64,000 nucleotides of DNA from Monocercomonoides exilis PA203. Its lineage: Eukaryota; Protista; Preaxostyla. The notes under the pieces are model-generated. The model was not told the DNA's origin. It made no database searches and saw only the letters and a program-made list of their open reading frames with translations. Position numbers and translations under genes: made by a program. Below are positions 1 to 11,112 of this stretch, in pieces; position 1 is the stretch's first letter, and each line of letters begins with the position of its first letter. The DNA is taken from assembly GCA_001643675.2 (NCBI GenBank), contig LSRY02000013.1:372001-436000 (forward strand), read 5' to 3'.

Positions 1-193
1 TTTGTTTTTTGTTTTTTTAATTTTCTATTTTTCAATTGAAAAATGTGAAATGAATGAGAAATCAAAACTTAAAAATTAATAGATTCAATTGAGAAATAGT
101 AAATGCAACAGGGCTGTTTCTTTGAAATGCATTTAATTTCACAAGGACGTTTATCTTCTTTCAGATGTATTCTAAAAAACGTAAGTGAAAAGT

Positions 194-3127
194 TCACTTT
201 GAATTCAAGAAAGGATTGTTAGAAGGGTCAAACGTAAAGGCAGAGTTGAGGAAAGTCGAAGAAGAAGACAAAGCAAAAGGAGAAGCAGCATTTTGAGAGG
301 AGTCAAAAGGATTAGCAGAACTTTGCAGGAAAGGCGAGGGTTCGAATGGAGGGGAAGATGAAAGAAATGGATTGGGAGAAGCAGTAGCAGTAGGAGAAGA
401 AGAAGAAGAAGAAGAAGATGATGATGATGTGAACTGTGCAAATGGATTGGACGATGGATCAACAGCTGGCTGGGCAGATGAAGAAAAGGGAGATGCCATT
501 GGAGAAGATGATGTGGAAGAAGATGAATGTTCTGAAGAGCGATTGTCTGAAAAGGCATTTTGCGTTGAGTTTATGTTTTGCCCAGAAAAAGATGGATTTT
601 GAATACTCATCTGATTTGATCCAACAAGATGAGTGTTGGCTGATTCATTAATCTTTTCAGCTTCACTGTGTTCTGATTTATCTTCCTCTTCCTCTTCCTC
701 TTCCTCCATTTCACTTTCATCATCCTCTTCTTCTTCGCCTTCCTCTTCCCCTTCTTCCTCTCCTTCTTCCTCTCCTTCTTCCTCTCCTTCTTCCTCTCCT
801 TCTTCCTCTCCTTCTTCCTCTCCTTCTTCCTCTCCTTCTTCTCCTTCCTCTCCCTCTTCTTCAAATTCTTCTTCTCCTCCTTCTTCTCCTTCTTCTCCTT
901 CTTCTCCACTATCTGATTCAATCTCTTCAATCTGCCTTTTCGCAAATCCTCCAAATTTCCCTCTCAAATCATCTCCACTTTCATCCCTTTCATCCCTTTC
1001 GTCGCTTTCGTCATCGCTGTCAATCACAACAACCTCATTCCCGTGCTCCCTTCTCTGATTATTACTGCTCCTTCTTTCTGCCTCTTCATTTCCTCCTTCG
1101 CTTTCATCTGAATTGTCCTCCTCGCTTTCTGAGTTCCATTCCATCGCATTCATAAATCCATCTTCTGATTCACTAAACTCCTCTGATTCTCCTTCTTCTT
1201 CGCCTTCTTCGCCTTCTTCTTCACTTTCATCAGTTTCCTTTTCATTTCTTCTTTTGCTTTCTTTTCCCTCATACATCTCATAGTTCTGCTTCATCTTCTC
1301 ATAAAATTCCCTTTCTTGTTCTTCTCTTCTTTCTCTCTCTATTTTCCTCCTCTCTGAATCAAGCTGGCTTTCTTTCTCTTTCTCTTTCTCTTTCTCCATT
1401 TCATTCAGCTTTATATGTCCTTCAAGAGAATGAACATAACGAAGATGTTCCGATTGTAAAAAAGAAGAAGAAGAAGATGATGATGATGATGATGGAGTAA
1501 AAGATGAAGTGGTAGAAAACTGTGTTGAAGAAGAGTTTGAAGAAACAACATGATTTTGTGTTGATGGTGTGTTGTCATTGAAGTTATTGCTGTAATCAGA
1601 GGCAAACGAGGCAAAAGGATTATTTTCGTGAGATGAATGAAAAGTGCCGGTAGAAGAAGGTGCAGCATTTAAGAATGGATTTGATGAAGTCTCGTTTCTA
1701 TCGTTCTTGTTGAATAATTCATTGCCTTCATTCGCACTTGATAGATTGCTTGCAAACGATGCTCCAGATATTCTGTTGAGAAACGGATTTTCTGTTGACG
1801 ATTGCAACGCTTCTGTACTTGTTCGGCTGTTGCTTTGGGTAATTTCTGTCAAAAATGGATTTTGTTTATTTGAAGAAAAAGTATCTTCATTTTGTCTGGA
1901 TGGAGAAGATGATGCGTCCTCTTCTTCTACTTCTCTTTCTCTTTCTCTTTCAGAAGGACTTGAATCAAACATACTTCTTTGAGCAAAGTTTTCTTCTTTC
2001 GCTTCTTTCATAGCGCCTTCATTGTCTGTTCCATCTCTGCTTTCAGAGCATCCAGCCCTTCTGATCCTTTTTTGCATGAGCCTTCTTCGTTTAAGATGAT
2101 GATTAGGATGGGTTCGACTGGTTTGTGAGTTGCTCGATTCATTCTCTTCAATCGCTGTCCTTCCTCTTTTCAGTGGCTGCGTTCTCAAAAGAAGAGCAGC
2201 ATCGTTTGAAAAAGTTGTTTGATAATCTTCTTCTTTTCCTTCTTCTGACTCAGAATTCGATTCAGATGAAGAAAATAAAAGGCTAACATCAATCGAATCA
2301 TCATCTTCATCCTCCATTTCATTATTTTCTTTTCCTATCAGATTTTCATATTCACTGTCTCTTTCTTGTTCTTTTCCTCTTTTGTGCTTTCTTTTCTTTT
2401 TATGTTCAATCACTTTTGTCAAAAGCTTAAGTTTTGTTCGTTGCACAGCAATTTTTACTTTTGCATCTTCCAATTCTTTTCGAAGCATATTTTCTCGTTC
2501 TTCGGTTTGATGTATCAATTCTTGTTTCTCTTTTTCCAAAGAAAGGTGTTTTGCCCTTTCCTCATCAACTTCTTTTCTTGTATCATCGAGTTTTTTCATA
2601 ATTTCTGAAATAGCTTGTTCTTCTTTAATCAAACGTAAAGGTTCAGAAGGAGTTGAAGAAGTGATGCAAGGACGTCGATCTGCAATTGCTGAAGCGTGAT
2701 CAGAAGCTAAAAGAATCTTTATGATTGATTTGTTTGGCACGTATCTACTTGCCCCTTTATCAACAATCTTATTCAAACAGCTTGTTAAATGCAGAGCACT
2801 TTTATCTAAAAGTTGAGTCTTTGAAGCTATTGGTAAATGCTTTGCTTTTTGGCAACTATCTGTACCATTCAGCTTTGATAGATCGCTAGACGATGTTTCA
2901 TCACGTTTTTCTTGAAGATAATTGATTTTAAGTTGGGTTTGTTTATTATCTTTTTCTATTTTCTTTGTAAATGTTAAAAATTTGGAATTTGAAAGATGAT
3001 TAAAAGAATTTTCCTGGGTGTAAACGGCATTGTGTTTATTATACGCAATCAAATGTGGACAAAATATTTTAGCCACATCTTCATTTATTAACAAATCTGA
3101 AAAATTTGTTATTAACTTTCCATCCAT
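194..3127 (-). CDS. Low-complexity acidic/Ser-rich protein with coiled coil and 8 NPF motifs; function unknown
   Basis: 977-aa uninterrupted ORF with a coiled-coil segment, basic NLS-like runs, EEEG repeats and NPF motifs in two clusters. The true start codon is uncertain. Confidence 0.7.
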   Translation of the reverse strand: MDGKLITNFSDLLINEDVAKIFCPHLIAYNKHNAVYTQENSFNHLSNSKFLTFTKKIEKDNKQTQLKINYLQEKRDETSSSDLSKLNGTDSCQKAKHLPIASKTQLLDKSALHLTSCLNKIVDKGASRYVPNKSIIKILLASDHASAIADRRPCITSSTPSEPLRLIKEEQAISEIMKKLDDTRKEVDEERAKHLSLEKEKQELIHQTEERENMLRKELEDAKVKIAVQRTKLKLLTKVIEHKKKRKHKRGKEQERDSEYENLIGKENNEMEDEDDDSIDVSLLFSSSESNSESEEGKEEDYQTTFSNDAALLLRTQPLKRGRTAIEENESSNSQTSRTHPNHHLKRRRLMQKRIRRAGCSESRDGTDNEGAMKEAKEENFAQRSMFDSSPSEREREREVEEEDASSSPSRQNEDTFSSNKQNPFLTEITQSNSRTSTEALQSSTENPFLNRISGASFASNLSSANEGNELFNKNDRNETSSNPFLNAAPSSTGTFHSSHENNPFASFASDYSNNFNDNTPSTQNHVVSSNSSSTQFSTTSSFTPSSSSSSSSSSFLQSEHLRYVHSLEGHIKLNEMEKEKEKEKESQLDSERRKIERERREEQEREFYEKMKQNYEMYEGKESKRRNEKETDESEEEGEEGEEEGESEEFSESEDGFMNAMEWNSESEEDNSDESEGGNEEAERRSSNNQRREHGNEVVVIDSDDESDERDERDESGDDLRGKFGGFAKRQIEEIESDSGEEGEEGEEGGEEEFEEEGEEGEEGEEEGEEEGEEEGEEEGEEEGEEEGEEEGEEEGEEEEDDESEMEEEEEEEEDKSEHSEAEKINESANTHLVGSNQMSIQNPSFSGQNINSTQNAFSDNRSSEHSSSSTSSSPMASPFSSSAQPAVDPSSNPFAQFTSSSSSSSSSSSPTATASPNPFLSSSPPFEPSPFLQSSANPFDSSQNAASPFALSSSSTFLNSAFTFDPSNNPFLNSK
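752..850. repeat. Coding 12-bp tandem repeat (tcttcctctcct)n encoding EEEG on the minus strand
   Basis: About 8 near-perfect units are directly visible. Confidence 0.9.
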
Positions 3128-3643
3128 GAAGAAAAAATAAAAAATATCAACAGAAATTTATGATGGGTTTCATGAAATATTCAAGGAAAAAATATTTGAA
3201 TGTTTTTGATAAATTCTATTCCATATCAATGCAAATAAAATTTATGAATGTATCTTTGAAATGAAACAAATATTTTGGAATTGTTTTTTGCAGTATTTCA
3301 ATCTCGATAAGTTTAAAACATAACATTTCGCAAGAAATGAAAATGGAATTCCGATGAAAAAATATTTAAGATTTTCTAAAAAATGAGCTCTTTTTTAATA
3401 AATTGCAAAAGATAACATTAAGTCTGTTCATTTTGTGGCATGATGAAAAAGTTCACTGTTTTGAAATTTTTTTTCTACATTGAAGACCACTCTTTTTGAG
3501 GCATGTGGTCAAAGTGATGTGGAAATTAATACAACCGCTTTTATGCAATATTTCATTTCATTTTTTTGCAACACTTCTGTGTTGTATTGAGTTTGAAAAA
3601 TAAATTACAAATAAGATCACAACTAATTTTTTTGTAGGAGCCT

Positions 3644-4528
3644 ATGACTTTAACATTAAATGCCAATCAGCCAGATTTAACAAAAGTTGAATCTGCTCCA
3701 ATAGAAAAGGTATTTTTTTCTTTTCAATTGTTTGATGACTTTACTGAAAATTTTTAGGTGATCGTTCATTTCAACAATTTCATTATAAGCACTACACATC
3801 ATTTAAATAAATTCATTTCAACATGTGATCAAAAATTATCTGATGTGTCCACTAGAATTTATCGAATTGAGGCTACACTCGCAAATCTTGAAAAGAAACT
3901 TGCTTCAATTCCTGATTCAACGCTTTCAGCACCTCCTCCATCAGCTGCTCCTCCAACTACTTCTGCAGCTGTTCCACAAGCTCCACCTCTTCCTGATGGT
4001 TCAACTATTCCGCCTCCTCCAGCTCTGCCAACTGGTGCTCCAAATGTACCAATGGCTCCTCCACTTCCAGGAGCTCCAGTTGAAGCACCACCAGTAGAAG
4101 CTGCTCCTCCAGAAGGTTTTCTATTCTTCTAATTGATTATTATGTAATTGTTTTATTTGTTTAATAATAAAAATTTTATCAAAAAAAATTTTTTATTAGA
4201 TCCTTATCCACTGGTCTTCGCGCGCCCTTATAAGACATATTACACCATGCTAAAAGTTAAAATACCTGCACCAGCAGTACGGTACGTTAAAATAAACATT
4301 TTCATATCTTTTATTGAGAAATTTATTTGCACATTTTTGAAATTTTGAAATAATTGCAGAATGAAAGCATTAGGAGCGGGAGAAGATATGGATGAATTCG
4401 ACGAATTCATAAAGCAAGTTCAAAAGAAATTCCCAGGAGGATCTTTACCTCCTCACCCATTGGAAGACGATGATAATGGAGGAGATGATGATTCAGGTGA
4501 TGATGATGACGATGATGATGAAATGTAG
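3644..4528 (+). CDS. WASHC3: WASH complex subunit 3 (CCDC53)
   Basis: Exons ~3644-3709, 3758-4115, 4200-4281, 4360-4528 with GT-AG introns. PDLTKV..FNNFIISTTHHLNKFISTCDQKLSDVSTRIYRIEATLANLEKKLASIP, a Pro-rich linker, DP..Y..MLKVKIP..AVRMK and an acidic tail match CCDC53. Confidence 0.88.
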
Positions 4529-5039
4529 AAATAATCCTTATTTCGCTTCTTCACTTATCTTTGTATCATTCATCGTTTTTATTGCGGTTGATGTTGTTTT
4601 ACTTTCGATTCCTTCTCTCTCCAATTTATATCACACCAGGTTTCCTTCATTTCAGAATTTTCTTCTCTTCTTATCCGAGAGTATTATAATTTTCTTTCCA
4701 CTCATAACATCAAAATGTTGTGACTTTAAAATAAAGAAAAGCAAGAAAAAACTTAAAATGCTTTTTCTTTTTGTTGAAAAAAGACATTGAAATGCTTTTC
4801 GTTATTCTTCTCAATTTAGTGAAACAACAAAAAAGAAATGAAAATGCAATGTTATTTTTATAAAAAAAAAGAGAGAAAGTGCAATAAAAAGTTATTATTT
4901 TGCAAAATTGCTTTGATGTTATTTGGATTGCAAATTCAAAAAAATTATATTTTCAAAACGGATTCAGTTTATTTGTTCATTCATTTTTTATGAACAGAAA
5001 AATTTAATGGCACTTACGATCTTTTGGTTGGTTTTAAAG

Positions 5040-8000
5040 ATGGGAAAAGCCGACAAAAAAGTCGATTTATCCGATGTGCAATTTTCTACCTTCGACAAAG
5101 CATTATTTGGAACTCTTTTTGCTATGTCAAAGGTATGATAAATGAGTATATTACATGTTTATAATAAAAATAATAATTTTTCATTTTTAGGGAGAAGGTG
5201 AGGATGAAGGAGAAACATGGTTCACATATGCTCCTTTAGTATTCGAAATACTTCAGTGCGTCGGGTTGCCAGTTCAAGAAATTAGTTGCTGGCCAATGGG
5301 ACCTACAAAAGATGTTATAATGACTGCATTTGATTTTATGGATTTCCAGTTTTTTGTTGAAACTCCTGTAATGTCATACATGCTATTTTCCGTGCTATTT
5401 ATTATGATTATGGGATCAATTGTTGTGTTCGGAGCTCTTATGATTGTGTTTAAGAATGGAGATTCACGTGTCCCACTTCCACTTGTACGTCTTCTCCGTG
5501 TTATCACAAATGCTTCAGTTACGTGGGGTTACCAACCAATGATTACAATTATATTTATGATTGTAGATTGTCATTGGGATTCTGGAGTCGGCATGTGTGA
5601 TGCATTTCCTGAAGTTAAATGTTGGGAAGGGGCTCAAGCTGTCTTCAATGGGCTTTCTTTGTTTACATTGGCAATATTTCTGCCGTTCACGCAATTCATC
5701 ATTTTGTTTTTATATGAATTTGATTGTAAACATAATGTACTGATGGCAGCTTTTTCTGGTCGTTATGAATTTGTGGAAATGCTCACAAAATGTATTTTGA
5801 CAGCACAATCACAGTGGATCTCTCGCTATTACGAGGTGCGAGTGATGTCATGTATTATTGGGTTCACTTTCCTGATGTTCTACATCATGTGGATGCAGCC
5901 GTATTATTCGCTGCACACGAATGTATTTGCATCAGGCCAATATGCGTGGTCTGTCACCACATCTTTCTATGCGTGGATCTCCATCTTCGTCGAAGGCTCG
6001 GGGGCTCTGGTGATAACGCTGTTCTGGCTGACGTATCTGATATCGACAGTCTTCCTCACGTTCATCATCTGCCTGTATGCGCGGCAGATCTATCTCTCTC
6101 GCTGCGGGCTGACATACGACTTCCACATCCCTGTCAAGGCAGGCGTTCCGTTCAAGAAGAAAGTGCAGCCCTTCTTCAAAGAAGTCGTCCGGGTGAAGTA
6201 CAGCTACATCCGCGGGTTCGTCCACGAGTATCCAGAAACAGACAACGGAAGCACACAAAAGGAGCAGCAAGCAAACTTCGGAGACACTCGAAATGCCACT
6301 CCAGGCAATAACATCACTGCATCTCCGCCATCATCTTCCTCTTCCTCTTCCTCTTCTTCCTCTTCATCATCATCATCATCTTCTTCTTCTTCTTCTTCCT
6401 CCACTTCCTCTTCCTCTTCCGTGTCTTCTCCCCCTCAGTCTGGCCAGCCTCCCCTCTTCTACGGCATCCGCTCCTCTCCCGACGCCACCACCTTCCCCTC
6501 TCTCCCCACCACCCTCTCTGCCTCCACCACACCTGCCCCTTCCTCTTCCACCTCTCCTCTCCTCCGCCAGCCCCCGCCAGCCACCGACGGAGCCGGCACC
6601 AACAGCGGCTCGTCTTCCCCTCGCACTCGTTCTCTTCGCACTGTTCTGCAGCAGCGAATGCCTCAGCTCAGCCAAATCAGCGCAACTGTCTCGCCCACAC
6701 AGTCAGATGCGCCTTCTTCCCTTCTTCCCGATGAGACAGCGGATGGCAGAGAGGAAGTGCCGTATCTGCTGCCGAAGCTGAAGAAAGTGTCGTGGGTGGA
6801 CCAGTCGATAAGGTTTGTGTGGAATCCTGAAGTGCGAAAGAGGAAAGAGTATTTGGAGTATGCAGATGCCATCTACAGACAGGCGCTGATCAGATTCCCC
6901 AGGCACCCGGGGTTGAGAGTGCATTATGGCCTGTTTTTGTACAAGTACAAGAAAGACTGGGAAGGATGCATGAAGCAGATGAACATGGCACATCGTATTG
7001 GGGCCACGATTGACAACCGCTGGATGATCTTCTACATCTTCAAAGTTTACGAGCAAGAGCACTCAGGAGCAGATCTGAAGTCCGCGAATGTGCTGTCGCT
7101 GTTCCGGTACAAGAACCATCTGTCGCAGGCTGAGCAGAACCAGCGAGAGGCGAAGGAGAAGCTGAACACAGTGCTGTCGATGCTGGCGCAGGGTGACACA
7201 GACGTCGGCTCCATCTCTTCTCTACTCGACCAGCTGATCGACAACGAGAGGGAGGCAGACAGCCACTACAGGGCACTTCTTGAGAGTCATCCCTTTTCCA
7301 TTCCTGTGCTGAGAGGGTATGCGTCACTGCTGACAGATATCTTTCGGTTGGACTCAGAAGCAGAGCTGATGTATCAGAAGGCGAATGAGATTGAGGCAGA
7401 GATGAGGAGGATGAACCCAACAGAATACAAGTCTCAAGGGAGAGTGAAGGGGACAGTGGACAAAGTTGGAGCGAGAAAGGCACCGATCAGCGGAAGTGGC
7501 GATGAAGGCGGGGCATCAGGTGATGGGCGGAGCGGGTCAGGGTGGAAAGGGTCGACAGGAGATGTGTGGTTTCTTGTGTTGAAATATGGCTCGCCCTTTT
7601 CAGTGATCATCTTTCTGGGTCTGTTGTTGGGGCTGTTCTTCTCTGGCTTGTCAAATGTGAGTGACATGTCGCAGCATGTGGTGATTGTGGAGAGATTGTC
7701 GTCAGCTGCGCGGCTGAACAACGAGCTGGCGTATCTGGCAAAGCTCTACAACATCCACCGATTCAGCGAGGTGCCTCTGAATGGCTACTTCTACACGATG
7801 AGCGAGACAATCGAGAAGATGTCGGCGATGGCGCAGGAGCTGCACTCACAGACAGTCAACTCTCTCTTCCGGATGTCCTCACGCTATCTCAACTGGCAGG
7901 CAACAGAGCAGACCACATTCCTTGCCATTCACGAGAACAGGTTGCTAAGCTTCCAGCACGCACAGAGCCAGACGCTTGTCAATGCAGTCAATGGCTATGC

Positions 8001-10479
8001 AACAGACATGTATCTCTTAGCTGGTCTGTCTTCTGATCTGTCAGACGACTCAGCACTTGATATAACCATCCAGTCGCTGATGAATGGCCCAACGTCGCTC
8101 GACCAGAACTTCAAAGTGCAGCTGTGCAGCCTCATCAACACACTCGCCAAGCACAACATGACAACCATGTGGCTCGCCATAGCCATCGGCATCATCGGCG
8201 TCGTGCTCACGCTGGTTGTCGTGTTTGTCGTGTACATCCTCCTCACCCGCTTGAACACACAGAGGAACTCTGCCCTCTTCTTCTTCCTCGCCATCCGAAG
8301 AGACGTCCTCCACGACGTGCAGCAGCGCCTGGCGAACTCAGACGAGCTGGACAGAGGGCTGCTGGGAGGGTCAGGCAGCGATGCAGAGAAGAAGAAGAAG
8401 GCGCGGTGGAAGAAAGCGCTGAGGCTGGGCCATGTGATGAACGGCTTCCAGAACGGGATGTTGGGACGCCCGCCGCCACCTGCTGCGCTGATGGCTGAGC
8501 CGAACAGGATGATGATGAGGAGGCCGAGTTTTGCAGCGATGGAGATGATGCGAAGGAGCGGGGCTGCTCTGCCGCCGCTGATGGGAGGACAGCCACAGAT
8601 GATGGGAGGAGGAAGTGGAGGTGGAGGTGGAAGTGCAGATGCCAACCAGCACTCGCAGTCAACATTCACTCCTGTGCAGCACCTCGACCCGTCGATGGGG
8701 AGGCTGCCACCAGTTGCACCAGGACAGATGGGCAAACCAGGTGTGCCGTCGCTCTTCCCCTCTGGCTCGCCTTCTTCGTCGTCGTTGCTGTCTCCCACAG
8801 CTCAGGGTCCATCCTTAGCATCTTCCTCTTCCTCAACTTCAGTTTCTGCCTCTGCTGGTGCCTCAGCCACAGCCTCAGCAGCTAACTCCCACCCGCTCAT
8901 CCCTCCGCTCATCTCTTCCTCTGCGTCTGTCTCCAGCATCATCAACAACCGCACCTCTGCCTCCAAACTGCCCCTCAGCCCGCCGATGAGTGGAAGGCCC
9001 ATGTCTCCTGGCGGCACCACAGGAAGGAACACAGGAAGAGGCGCCGAGACATCGCGGTCGAGGGTGGAGAGAGAGAGAGAGCTGAAGCAGAGGATTAAGG
9101 AGAAGAAGCGACAGGAGCTGGAGAAGCCGCCAGAGTTTGCTGAGATGGTCATTCCACCCGTGACGAAGAAGCGGAGGAAGAGAGTGTTTCAGAATGCTGT
9201 GCCTGCTTCGATGATTGCGATGATCATGACGCTCTTTGCGCTGATGGTGATTGCCTTGCTTGTCGTTGTGGCGCTGTCGATCGTGGCGACTGTCAACATG
9301 CAGCCCTGGCTCGCCCGTGTAGGCATCGCTGGCCTGCGCTCCTCGTCTGCCCAGCTTCTTCATCTGCTTGCTCTCCTTGTGATTTCTCCAAACTCCAACG
9401 GCATTATGAACTACTCAGCCAACCTGCGCTCTTCACCTGGGTGGAAAGGGCTGGAGCACCTACAGCCGCAGAAAGAGGATGTGCTGGCTGTTTATCGCAG
9501 CTTCAGCACAGACTTCGACCATCTGCACGATTTGTGCCGGTTTGGGGAGATGGGCGAGTCAGGTGACAGTGTCATCGACGATGTGGATGTGTATGACACG
9601 TTGGATGTCTCGTCTATCCGTCCTATCCTGTATGACGAGAGCACCTGCTTCATGATCGACAAAGGTGTCTGCTCAGCCAGGCCCAACCGCATCCCCACCA
9701 CAAACATGGGCAACGGGGTGCCTGTGAATGGGATTGAGGCACTTCTGCAGCAGCTGTTCCGCTCGTCTGACCAGCTGCGTCTGTTTGACCCAGCCATTGC
9801 AGACATTTCCACACTGAATGCAGACTCCACCTCGCTCATCTACATCAACACTGCGCTGTCGTATGACCTCTCTGATGGGCTGTTTACAATCACAACTGAA
9901 CTGGCGAGGGCAGCGCAGGCGACGTTTGAGACACAGAAGGTGTTTCTGTATGTGGGATTTGCAGTTGACATGGTGCTGATTGTGGGGGTGTTCTTCTACA
10001 TCTTCTTCCCCGTGCAGTCACAGCTGAACCACGTGGCATTCAAGACAGGGAGAATTCGAGAGCTCTTTCCGATTGAGGAGACGATGGCGATTCGGTGGAA
10101 CAAGGCATTCAATTTAGGGGAGCAGAAGCTGGATGGGAATCACCGGCTTTTACTTGACACAGCAGCAAGTATGGTGGACATACTGATCAAAGGAGAGGAA
10201 AAACTGTTTCCGAACAGTTATGCACAGATGAAGAGTGTGTTGGATGTGCATCTGAAACAAGAGAGCAAGTTTATCACGGGGACGCACCATCCGCACGCGA
10301 AGAAGCACATCCAAAAGATCAAAGAGTTCAACAAGGCGTTTGATGACTTGGTTACGAAGTATGAAGACGGGCTGGATGTGACAGAAGCGATGTTCCATCT
10401 GTTCAACTACTTCATCGACCACCACATCATCGAAGACAACAAGCACATACTCGACTTCACAAAGGACAAACACACTTGA
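5040..10479 (+). CDS. Large multipass membrane protein, TmcB/TmcC-like (N-terminal multi-TM block, TPR-like domain, two TM-loop-TM modules) with C-terminal hemerythrin-like domain
   Basis: Exon 1 5040-5132, intron 5133-5190, exon 2 5191-10479 in frame. Hydrophobic segments at ~5370-6090, 7560-7650, 8170-8250, 9200-9300 and 9940-10010. TPR-like YADAIYRQALIRFP and EADSHYRALLESHP..LRGYASLL. C-terminus has W..F.LG..LD..H, HLKQE, KKH and HHIIED. Confidence 0.8.
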
Positions 10480-11112
10480 AGTGGGGACGGGCAATGAGGT
10501 TGTTCATTTCTTTCTATTTGGTCTTTATGAATACATTCACACTCCTCTAAAAAAAAATCATCTCTTTTTTTTCACTTTCATTTATTTATTTATTTTCTTG
10601 TTATAATCATTTCATGTTTATTGTCATTTCAAAATTTCTTAATTCCTTGGTTTCAAAGAAAAAAGTTCTTCATCAACAAAAAAAATATGATTTATTTGGA
10701 AGTATTTTTTATTGCACTTTTACTCTTTTTCATATTCCTTTAAAAAATATTTTTTCGTTTTATGTTTTTATCAATAAAAAAATGCAATTTTAAAAAGCAT
10801 TTTAATTTTTTCTTTCTTTTTCCTTTTTGACATAACATTAAGATAACCATTTATATTTATATTTAAACAAAAGAATTATAACAAACTATTTTTCTGGATT
10901 GAAAATTTTCAATGAAATATATTTTTTAAGAAAACTATAAAATGAGTTCTTCTCAGTAAAAATTGCATATCTTTGCTGCGGTTTTTGAGTGATTCGAAAG
11001 AATTTGAAATAAATTCCCTTAAGCAGACTTTAATAACAAAAAATGTTCAGGAAAATCATTGTTTTAAATAAAGGGTACATTTTCATTTAATAATCGCTGC
11101 TTATCTTGTCCA

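Noticed and set aside
752-850. CRISPR-like array
   Set aside because: It is a spacer-less coding tandem repeat in a eukaryotic context.
205-1058. Alternative-frame ORFs over the EEEG repeat, and similar shadow ORFs within 5.8-10.4 kb, 25.4-27 kb and 38.6-41.1 kb
   Set aside because: They are by-products of low-complexity or GC-rich coding sequence.
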